The notes under the pieces were generated by a model. That model was given only the letters and a program-made list of their open reading frames with translations. It was not told where the DNA came from and did not search any database. Below are positions 46,305-56,899 of a DNA stretch of 64,000 nt, in pieces. The DNA comes from Chlorokybus atmophyticus (taxonomy: Eukaryota > Plantae > Mesostigma and Chlorokybus algae). Position numbers and translations under genes: made by a program. The stretch lies in NCBI GenBank assembly GCA_009103225.1, contig RHPI01000017.1, positions 113,468 through 177,467 of the forward strand, given 5' to 3'. Positions within the stretch are counted from its first letter, which is position 1, and every line of letters begins with the position of its first letter.

Positions 46305-49300
46305 CTAGGGTGGTGGTGGTGGCGGTGGTGGTGGTGAGTGTCTGCTCAAGTAGTAGCCGATCAGGTTATGATAAATGGCTTTGGTGTAGTGTGGGCCCAG
46401 GTGCATAACTTCCCGTTGTGCCGCAGTGAGGTGTGTATATGATCTGTTCGCCATGTTCTGATCAAGCAGAAGCAAAAAGTGAGTGAGGCCCGGCTGCAGA
46501 GCACCAAACGCCTCCATAGTGTTGGCGTACAAAGGGAGCCCATTTTCCGCTTGCCGTTGATTGATGTCACGGAGGTAATGGTGCGCTGTGTTTCGGATCA
46601 AAACACACAGTGCAGCAGGATCACTGTCCCAAGTGTCTCGTGTCGCTTGATTGTTCCTCTGCGCCCAGGCATTGCGAGCTTGTATGCAGACCGCAAGCTC
46701 TGGAGCCATCAGCTGTTGCCAACCTTGCAAGTACTGTTGTATGCGATGGGTAGTCTGTGCTCCTCCTTCGCTCAACGAACGTGCCCGCGCGCCGGAACTT
46801 TCAGCCAGGAAGTCCTCCACCACAACCCGCATCCACTCATCAACCAGCACGCCTTCCATGCAAATTTGCTGTTTTTCAACGAGCTCCAGGTCATCTTCTA
46901 AGTTCGTGACCCGCCTATCAAGTTGATTGTTCTCCCTTTGCTGTTCAATGATTTTCTCTTGCAGTTCAGCTTCTGGCGGTAGTGCGGACGTGGAAGGAAT
47001 GTCAGCAGCTCCACCACCTGGCATTACAGTCTGCAGCATCTGAAGCGTTTCCTCGAGCCTCTGCTGGGTATCTTCGAGCAGCTTCTCTGTATGACTGACA
47101 CGCTGCATGGCTCGAGCAACGTTTTCTTCCGATTTTGCCAGGTTCGCCTGCGCCTTTAGGATTTCCGGGTCGTCCATGGTGGCTGGTCGCTTGCCGTCTT
47201 TGATAAGCTTCTTATTGGACTTTTGGAGTTTGGCATTTTCCTGACGCAGGCGTTTCACCTCCGCATTCAGGGCGTCTGCTTGCCTGCTTGCCTCTGCTTG
47301 CAGCTTGCCCCCAGTCTCTTGCGTTTGAGAGGCCAGCCGCTGGAGTTGTTTGTTGAGAGACTCCACTCTTGCTTTGAGGCGGTTCTTCTCAGCAGTCAAA
47401 GATTCAACCTCTGTTTGCAGCTTGCGCCCAACCTCTTGCGCTCGTTGAGAGGCCTTCCCGAATTTTTCATTGAGAGACTGCACTGCTGCACGGAGCTTCC
47501 TCCTGGCCTCCTCGCCTGTGCGCAGGCGCTCGCGCAGGCTCTCATTGTCCTGCCGTAGGCTGCTCGCCTGCAGCTTCTTCCTGGCCTCCTCGGCTTGGCG
47601 CAGGCGCTCACTCAATTGCAAGTTCTCCTCTCGTAGGCGGTCCTCTTCACGCACCTGCTGAGCGGAGGACTCCTGCTGCTGCTGCTGGCCGCTGCTCTCC
47701 TCCAGCTTCTTCCTGGCCTCCTCGCTTTGGCGCAGCCGCTCAGTCAGGCTTGCATTGTCCTGTCGTAGACGGTCCGCCTCCTCAAGCGCCTTCTGCTGAG
47801 TGGACGCCTCCTGCTGCTGCTGGCCGCCGCTCTCCTGCTGCTTCTTCCTGACCTCCTCAGCTTGGCGCAGGCGCTCACTCAGTTCTGCATTTTCCTTTTG
47901 TAGGCGGTCCGCCTCCTCACGCGCCTGCCGCTGGAGGGAGGCCATTTGCTGAAGCTGGATTTGGAGTTGAGAGGCCTCCTCGGCTTTGCGCAGGCGCTCC
48001 TGCAGGCTCTGGATCTCCTCCAAGCGTGCTGCTGCTGATCCTTTGAAGCTGCTCCTCGCCTGCCGTAGGCTCACATTCTCTGTTTCCAAGCGTTGCCTCT
48101 CCGCATTGGTCCACCTCAACTGGTGCTGAAGCGTGTCTTCCTGCTGCTTCCGAATGGAGTCTTGGTGTGACTGCTGACGCTGAAGTCTTGCATTAAGGGC
48201 GTCAACCTCTGCTTGGAGCTTTTGTGCTTGCGCGGAGGGCTGCTGCTGAAGCTGGTCAAGAAGGTTCTGCTGCTTTTTCCTGGCCTCCTCGGCTGTCGCC
48301 AACTGCTGTCGTAGGCGGTCCCTGTCAGCAGTGGTGGCAACCAACTCTTGCGCTGCATCCTCACGCTGCAAGGCCAGCACCAACTCTTCATCCAACTCGC
48401 TGATCCTGTTAAAGGCGGCCTTCACGTCATCTTCAATGCGCTTGCAGCGGGTGAGGTGCTCTTTCAAGGCAGGGCGTTCACCGCACAGACATTCAGCTTC
48501 TTCCCTCGCCAGCTCTGAACGCCGAGCATTGATTTCTCCCAGCTCTTGCAAAGTTTGTTGTAGCTGTTGTACGCGCTGGCTGTCTTCCGCTCTGGCCTGA
48601 TTCTGCTGTTGCAGCCTTTGTCGCTCAGGATTGGCTGCATCGAGAGCGGCCTGCAGCTGTGGTATGCGCCCCACGGCCTCCTCTCTTTCCTTCTCCTGCT
48701 TTGCAAGAGCCACCTCCAGCTTCTGTATGCGCCCCCCGGCCTCCTCTCTGGCCTTCTTCTCCTGTTGCAGCAACTCTGCATGCTGTTGGCTAGCCTTGGC
48801 TGCTGCTTCAACAGCGGCTGATAACTCCGCTGCATGGATGCGCTTGACATCAGCGCTGGCGGATGCAACGGCCTGGGTGCTTGTAGACGCCTCTTCTAGG
48901 TGTTGCTGCATCGAAACACCAAGTTAGAGTACAAACACGAAACAGCGGGGTCATAGACCGAAATGGACAGTGCGGCCTGTGACGCACAAGTAGCCATAGA
49001 CTGACTAATGCTGACTTTGGCCAAGGGTTACCTGAAGTTGGGGCACTTGCTGTTGGAGGTTCTGGACAAAGCCTTCAACCAACTTGGCTATGTTGCTGGC
49101 ATTGGCGACTCCTGAACGTGCAGCAGCGATACCGTCTTCCAACTTCTTACGAGCATCGTCGTCACCGTCACCGTTGCTGTCATCATCGCTGCTTTCATGA
49201 TCGCTGGGTTCATCACCACTGCCGTCTCCATGATGATCACCTCCAGCAGGTTCATGATGATCACCTCCAGCAGGTTCATCACGACCTCCAGCAGGTTCAT

Positions 49301-50141
49301 TACCGCTGACATGCTGCCCCTCAGCAGCACCTCCTGGAGTCCCTCCAGCAGTTTGATGGCCACGGTCTATGGCATCCTTCTCTGCGCTTCCTTGTGGTGG
49401 CCTGTCCGGAAACACTAGAGGAACTGAAGGTCGCCCCGAAACCCCTCCCAATGCTGCAAGTGCAGCAGCAGCAGCAGCAGCAGAGGCAAGAGCAGCATCA
49501 ACAGCAGCTTGAGAAGGATTGCTAGAGGTAGCCGCAGCACCAGAAGCAGCACTAGAAGGAGTCGGACCAGGAGCTGCAGCAGGAATGGATGGCCAAGGAT
49601 GGTTGCACTCCCACTTGTTGATGAGGTATGCGCGCAAGGACTTGTAATTCTCAGCCCATCCTGGATCCTGAAAATGGATGGTCTTCATCTGCTCTTCCAG
49701 CCAAACTTCTCGCTTCTGCTTCCTCCGATTAGCAATGGCGTTGATGCGTAGCCGGCGTGTCTCCCACTCCGCCTTGTTGCGTTGCTGCAATTGCTTTTGC
49801 TCAGCCTGCCACTGTGCAGTCGTATCTTGGGCGTTTTGAACATTGGTGCGCACGGCAGCTATCTGCTCCTCAGTCAACCAATGTCGCCTGCTTTCATTCA
49901 GACCATTGCGCACCATGGACAAAATGGTCTTCTCGATTCTTGACTGATAATCCTGCTCCTTCAGCCTGTGCTGATTTGCAGCCCGTGTCACCATGGCGCC
50001 CTGAGCGGCAATCTTTAGAAGGCCTTTGCGAATTGTAGTCTCTGCCTTACGGAACACTTCCTTGGTAAGTTTCTGCGAATCATAACCACCAGTTAGAACA
50101 CGAATTACACACAACTCATTTACGTTTAATAACACAAACAT
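46305..50141 (-). CDS. Long coiled-coil protein exons with internal EEADRLRQ..ERLRQAEEARKK repeats
   Basis: 868-aa and 378-aa open frames with heptad-rich repeats at about 47480-48330. Probably the 3' part of the SET gene. Confidence 0.7.
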
Positions 50142-50246
50142 ACCCTATGTTCTTGCTCTTGTTCTATTCTGGAGTCTATCTGTCTTAACAGCAGGAATAG
50201 TCTATCTAGCACGCGTGTAAGCTCAGCGCACTTGCTTTCAGCTGAG

Positions 50247-51850
50247 TCAAATATCCCTTTTAAAAGGCGTACAGACGCCTCTCTGACAGTGTGATTGACT
50301 GTGTCGTTCTGGTGACACAAGTGCAGTATATGAATGCACACAATGACATGTACGACCATGCACTGACAAAGCGTTCTCAACACTTACATTCTGTCTTTGA
50401 TTTCGGGCGACTTGTGGTCGTTTCAGCACCCTCCATGTGTAGGCGCCTAAAGATTCACCAGCTTGACGCGGTGCAGTGCAAGCGGCGAGGTACGCGCCGT
50501 CTTCGAGCGCGACACCATGGCGAGCTGCCATCTCTGTTGCCTCCTTGATAAACTTTTCTCTGGCCGCCTCGAAAAAGAACTCCATGACCTGAGGTAAGAT
50601 GGTGATCAGCACATTGTTTGCAATGCTGAATGATAAGGTCATAGACCGCACAGCTCTCACAGATGCAGTCTATAACAGCAGGAAACAGTGTCTGGCAGAG
50701 CAAGTGATGTCTATAGGCATGAGCCACAGGCTGCATATACTCACATGGTCTGTAGGTTGATCGTCTGGAGGTGGAGGGAAGGGATCGTATTCCATGAGCA
50801 GCTCTTCGCCGGCGGCGATGTCACTCTGACTCCTAACCTCAGCTGCCTGCACCGCAGCCTCATCAACGGAGTCCATGATGTGGCAGTTGGGTTTGTACTG
50901 CGTATCGCGGCTGGAGTTGAGGAAGCCAGCTATGTTCCCATATCGAGGGTGGCCATCGATAACAGGGCTCTGGCGGCGTGGCACGTCCCTGATGACCTGC
51001 AGGTGGTATCGCTGGTGGTGCAGGTACTCCTTCTGAGGGAATGTCTGCATCTCCCGGTAGGAGTACCACTTGCCGTCAAAGACCATGATGCGGTCACCCT
51101 TCTTAATAGGCTGGCAGGTGAACAAGCCGAGCGTCATCCCAGAAATTCTTGTTCTGTGTAACAAGCGACAAGGTTAGCAACCAAGGCGTTGTAATGGCAT
51201 TTTTTTCGCTAACAGTTGCATGCTGCATGTGCTTACAAATGCAAAGGCTCCAGTGTGATGCTTTCGCAGATACTCCTCGGTGACTCTCCGCACGTTGTCG
51301 ACGGAAACTCTGCTTTGTTTGGGATGATTCAGGGCCTGCACGCCAACATATGCTTCATGTAAGTCAATTTTGTTGCATAGTCTTTTGGCCAGATATCAGT
51401 TCACTAGCATGCATACAACGTCTATGAGTCTACAAGTCTATAAGAACAAATGCACTTTCACAACATCACACGCACCCGTACTGCTTTGGAGAGAGAATCC
51501 CCCATCCGTCCCTTCAGCTCATCTGCTGTCTCCCTGCCGCCCTGGTTGGTTCGTCTGCGCATGTACCTGCAATATCTGATGTGCAGGTGCTGCGCGATCT
51601 TTGCAGTCTTGGTGTGTGTGGTTTCTGGAAGCCCGTTGGACTATAAATGGCCCGCCTTCACATTTGTTCTGCAGTAGAAACAGTGCCAATAGAAAGTCCG
51701 CTGGTGTGAAGGCTGCCTCCGAGTCTCCTCTGAAGTCGACAATGCCACCGACACGGTAGGGATGTCATCATCCATGGTGTTTCTCAGCTTGCTGATCTCT
51801 GCAACAACTTGCACTGGATAACACCCTTGTGCAACACAAGCCAGCACTCC
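50247..51850 (-). CDS. SET-domain gene, 5' exons
   Basis: LGLFTCQPIKKGDRI..F.G, YGNIAGFLNSS..KPNC, DIAAGEELLMEY at about 50770-51140. No post-SET cysteines. Confidence 0.85.
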
Positions 51851-51923
51851 GCTACCACACCTCTGCCAGCACCGCCAGAACTACCTTAGGCACACCAAAC
51901 ATCAGGCTGCCGGCGGTGTGACA

Positions 51924-52000
51924 GGCGACCGCATAGGCCGCTCCGACGAACCCTAGGTCACGGGCGACCGCATAGGCCGCTCCGACGAACCCTAGGTCAC
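51924..52000 (+). repeat. 39-bp direct duplication in divergent promoter
   Basis: GGCGACCGCATAGGCCGCTCCGACGAACCCTAGGTCAC twice (51924, 51963); each copy includes a telobox-like AACCCTAG. Confidence 0.95.
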
Positions 52001-52231
52001 ATGCACTGAAAGTTGATTCATTTGGAAGTGTTTGTTGTCAGGTTCCGTCATTTGGAAGTTTTGTTCGCTCGCGCGTGCGTTGTGCGCATGTGTTGTGCGT
52101 TGTGCGCAGTATGACTTCGGCACTGGTTATCGCAGCTGCAATAAGTCGCGTGCTGTAGACTCTCGTGCTATAGACTGCTGTGTGAGCCTTTTGTCACCTG
52201 AAAGCTTAGGTGCTTTGTGCATAGTGTAACA

Positions 52232-55110
52232 ATGGTGACCGCAGTGCCTTCTGCTAGCCAAGTGTTCAACTGTGGCAACAACGGCCAGAAAACTGGGGAC
52301 AGGTTCCTGAGGGACAACTTTTCCTGTGCACCCCACCCATGTGCGAAACATGGACAAGTTCACCAACAAGCTCAAACAGTGGGAGCAAATCCCTGGTCCA
52401 GGTTGGAAGGAGGTGAATTTCGACAAGCGGAGCAAGGATCATGCAGCGCAGGCCAGCATTGCCAAGCTGGAGAGGTTCTGTGAGGAGTTAGAGCCGGAGC
52501 TGGAGCCTCTAGTGTTTGGGGAAGGCATAGAGCTCCGCATGTCCAGAGGTCAGTTGTTTTCTGTGAAGGTTTGCTCTGAATGCCTTGTGTGTAGATCGGT
52601 AACTGTTCAGGTGAAACTAGCCCGTATTCATGCATATAGCAAGCTTTGCTAGCCCTCAAGCTGTTGTTGCTGCTGGTCAGTGTTGCCACTGTTGCAAGTC
52701 AGTTGATATCACGCTACTTGCCAAGTTGTCGCGTTACTTGATGGCTTGCTGTTCAGCTGAATTCAGCTAGTCTTCATGTATATCCAGCTGTTTTTACTAC
52801 TGGTTAGTGGTGCCACTGTTGGTCGGTTACTGTTTGTCAAGCTGGAACACTGGACAGTGCCTATGAGTCCTTAGGTCTCAGCAATGGATGGCATAAGTCG
52901 TAGACACTGGACAGTGCCTATGAGTCCTTAGGTCTCAGCAATGGAACGCATACGTCGTAGACGCTGACAACAGTGCCTATGAGCATCTAGAAGCAATGGA
53001 TTGCATAAGCAGACACTGGACAGTGCCTATGAGTCTTTAGGTCACAGCAATGGAGTGCATAAGTCGTAGACACTGGACAGTGCCTATGAGTCCTACGGTC
53101 TCAGCTATGGAAATGCATAAGTCGTAGAGTGTCTTGGACGGTGCCACCTTATGAGACCAAAGCAGCTTTTTGGACATGTGGACATCCTTATAACTTTTGC
53201 TTGGCAGAGCACATCCGGGCATATTTCATACAACGCCAATGGACTTATCGGAGGGGCGTTAAAGAAGAACGAGGTGAACGCCAAGGACAGTCCAGGGAGC
53301 AGCGGGTCCAGCTCCGTGCGCATGCTCGAGAAGCAGAGCGAACTGCCAAACACGGCACAGCTGCTCGTCGCCGGTCTGTAGGGTGGGGCAGAGTTTTCAG
53401 CCCTGACGATTACAGCCCTTCGCAGACAGTCGTTCTGTGGTGCCCCTTGAGCGACGGGCCCCTTCCAGATGACGTGCTGCGGGCTACTTGGCTCAAATTC
53501 AGGTAAGGACTGTGTGCGCGCATGTATGATTGCAACCCTGAACTGTGACAACTCCACTAGAAGTGAAGCAAGCTGAATGTACAGCTGTTGTGTTGTGTTA
53601 TCTAACACGATGCCTGTTCATGAGGTGCAGACATGCAGACGATTACGACCGAGACAAAGTCTTTGACGTCGATATGCAATCCTCAAGTCGTGAAGACCCA
53701 TGTGTGCCCGTGGCCATTGCCACCATCCTTGAGATTGCCGAGGTGGATGAGCCCTGCCGCACATACAGCGTGCAGATCATTAATTGGCTGCCAGTGTTTT
53801 GCGTGGAGGACGACAGCGTGCGGCCGTTCATACCTATCAGGTCGCAAAGGCTCATGCATGGCAAGACACCGGATCATTACACACGCGCCGAGCTAGAGGT
53901 AAGTTGGTGATTGTCAGTCACGCACAGTCTATGCTTTTGTCACTGCATGTCATCAAGTGCGAGACGTGCGTCGCGTGTAGTTGGCTAAAGTGTGCACATG
54001 TGAACCGCCTATGACACTGACAACTGATGGAGTGCAGAGCGTGACGGTTGAGTGGCCACTTATGTTCATGAGCCAGATGGGCACCTGCGTCTGTGAAAAC
54101 GGTGAATGCAGCTTCAATAGGCACGTCCGGATGAGGGAATGCCAGGCGAGAGTACTTGAAGAATTGAACACCAATGCGCAGCAAGATGATCAGGTTTGTC
54201 AGCTATGTGCGCGCAATTTCTTGTTTCAAGTGCTTTCTGGTTGTGCTGATGATGTGCCCATGCAGGACCACGAGGTTTCAGTGGATGATGAGAAGCTGGA
54301 GATCCTGCGGCTGTGTGCTGTGGCATTGAGCAAACACCTGCTAGGGCGCAGATTGGCCGGCAATGGGAATTCTGGCGGAAGAAGCAGGTGGCGCTAATGG
54401 AGAGCGTGGCACCTCTTCCCATTCGAGACCAGGCGCGGATGGACAGCATTCCTACACAGCGTATCATGCAAGCGGTTGTGCAGTTTGCAGTGAAGAAGAA
54501 GTGGCTGGGCGAAGACCCAACGCAGGGTGGTCAGCTGGGCTGGATAAACACGAGGAAACGGCCAGGTATGTTTTGAGCTTATAGACCGCTCATAGGCTTG
54601 GTAGCTGTGACCAATGCACAGTGTCACAATGCAGTCTATAGGGTATGCTCGTAAGCTGGTAAGCTGTAAGCTAATAGTGCCATGTACGAGCAGTCTGGTC
54701 TCTGTGTATGTGATTGTACACATTCGCCACTCATTGTGAATGCAGGCATGCCGGATGAAAGTGAAACGCCTGAGCCCAAGAGGTTCCGCTTCATGGGGCG
54801 ATGGGAGCCAAGCAGGACGGCATCCTCCAGATGATAGGTATCAGAGATGTGCAAAGTGCAATTGTTGCATGTTGCTACTGTTACGTGTCTATTCTTTAAG
54901 AAATGTACATTGTGTTCTACAGTTGTGGTGTTGCTCATATGCAGTGTGCGCAGTGTCTACGACAATCTGTTGTTGGTGCACGCGGCGTGCACTCGTTCAT
55001 CTGAAAGGCCGTCTACATTTGCAAGTATGGAGCAGAGTATGGAACAGAAGGAACGTGTGCGTGCAGTGCCGAGATCACGTGGTGTGCGCAGCATGCGCTC
55101 AGTCTCATCA
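52232..55110 (+). CDS. Unknown spliced Cys-rich gene in element B
   Basis: Coding-like exons bounded by GT/AG sites, with Cys clusters CTC..CVCENGEC..CQLC and CVQC..CAAC. Family not recognised. Confidence 0.5.
52845..53135 (-). repeat. 57-bp intronic minisatellite (cluster 4, inverted, about 5 copies)
   Basis: CACTGGACAGTGCCTATGAG repeated. Confidence 0.95.
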
Positions 55111-55815
55111 TAGGCAGGCTATGAGCGCTGGTGATCTTAGTAGCTATGAGAACACTGCTGTAGTTAGCATAGATGTTTGACACTTTGCAGGTCTCGCTGA
55201 TTGCCAGACACGCACTATATAATAGAATGGGTTACCGTGAATTGCTGGTGCATGGGTCATAGACCAGCATTGGTGCAGGATGTCAGCGGGTGTCGTGCAC
55301 CAATGCTGGTCCCTGGATGCAAGCATGGACCAATGCAGTGAGATTCGGCTGGTACAAAGAAATGGTTGGGTGTGGACCAGGCATGGTCCCGCCAGCAGAG
55401 CCATGGTTGGTCCCACTAGTCGGGACCATCCTTGCAGACCATCTGGGCTAGACATTAAGATACAAGTAGACCATGCATGGTCCCACAGTGCGAACCAAGG
55501 ATGGTCCTGCTACTCGGGACCAGTAGTGGTGATGCTTTTGACACTGTGCCAAGAGCGGACCATCCTTGGTGCATGCAGCAACGCGCATGGCAGACCAGCA
55601 TTGGTCCCATTGCGCTCGTCATGATAACAGCAACCAAGGCTGGCCCGGTTTTTTGGGGGACCGTGGGACAATTACGTATTGTTTGGACCAGCCCTGGTCC
55701 CCGCGTGCAGACCAAGGCGGGCGACCCTGGTCCGGACCCCAAGCCGCCCGGGCGTTTTGGCCCTGGTCCGTACGTGCGGACCAGGGCTGGTCCGTGGAAA
55801 AATTTCCGTGTGTAG

Positions 55816-56600
55816 ATGCCCGAGTCAATGATAGTGCGAGCAGGAAGAGGCGCATCAGGAGGCGAGGGAGTGTTCTTATGCACGGAGGCTGCCACATACA
55901 CACCGGTTTGTACAGTAGCTGCAATCGCAATGGGTGCCAGATGAACAATTCCACGAGTTGAAAGCTCCCAATTGCATAATTGGACCTGACAAACAAGTTT
56001 ACAGGTTAACTCGCATGTTGCATCGCATTCATTCATAAATGTGCGCCAGAAGTTGATGCAAATGCATAGGCAGCGCCTCTATTGTTATGGACATGAACTG
56101 GACACGCATTCAGGCAGTAGCATGGCATGACGTGCACGGCATGTAACGCGCAAGGGTGTTGTATGGTAGCAATCAGAGCTGTGCATATATATAGGCGTTC
56201 CTATCATAGCAGGACAAACATATGCACACTACACAGGCAAACTTAACCCAAATCGCACACAAGGCATACGCATGTACAAACAATGCGCAACAGTATGGCA
56301 CATGCATAGTGGCATGCATAGTCAGCAGCATGCAGAGTGACATAGCGCACGCAACTCACACCATGAATAGCGAGAAAGATACCTGATGATAGCGAGCATC
56401 GCTAGAGTCCACATAGCCGTTCCACGGTTGTGTCAAGACCTGACCTAGTCCCACTAATCGCCGCCCGACTGCGAGGAGCGCCTGCGTTAGAGCCTCATTC
56501 ATGGTGCGTATGGGTACAGGGGTTTCCATTGTTGCAGCACACAGCACTTCACATATCCTATACAACTACCAGCATGCATTGGATGTTTGGGTTAGGGTTA
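55816..56600 (-). pseudogene. Displaced 5' portion of the element A minus-strand gene
   Basis: Frame PARTIIDSGI joins YGAAGLRVAIEC... at 40612 when B is removed. Confidence 0.5.
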
Positions 56601-56899
56601 CTTATATTTGGGGTAAGCCACACAGACACCGTCCTCGGACCTGGACGATTTCATCGGAAATAGAGAATGTAATTTCGCTTGGTTTGTATGGACCAATAAA
56701 CATAGAGTTCATTTTGGCAATTAAAGTTTCGACAAAAGGCAATTTCCACGGCAATTGCTCGTGCGGCCTATTGCGGTCGGAGCAAGCGGAGACGCGACTG
56801 GTGTCCGACCAGCACAATTGCTGATGTGGATTTTCCGAACGATCACTGCATTCCATTGATTGCAGGGATTTCCGCACCGGGAATTGCACTGATTGTCCC

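Larger units (their letters stand above)
40616..55812 (+). mobile_element. Element B: 15.2-kb EnSpm-like transposon nested in A
   Basis: Ends CACAGGGC...CGGACCAG and reverse complement CACACGGA...CGGACCAG (18/26). 3-bp TSD TAG (40613-40615, 55813-55815). GGACCA-rich subtermini at 40616-40990 and 55250-55812. The flanks rejoin into an open minus-strand frame. Confidence 0.9.

Noticed and set aside
33183-55812. About 140-bp inverted repeat suggesting a single 22.6-kb element
   Set aside because: The flanks CTC and TAG do not match and the span would cross element A. Pairing 40616 with 55812 gives a TAG TSD and restores the host frame.
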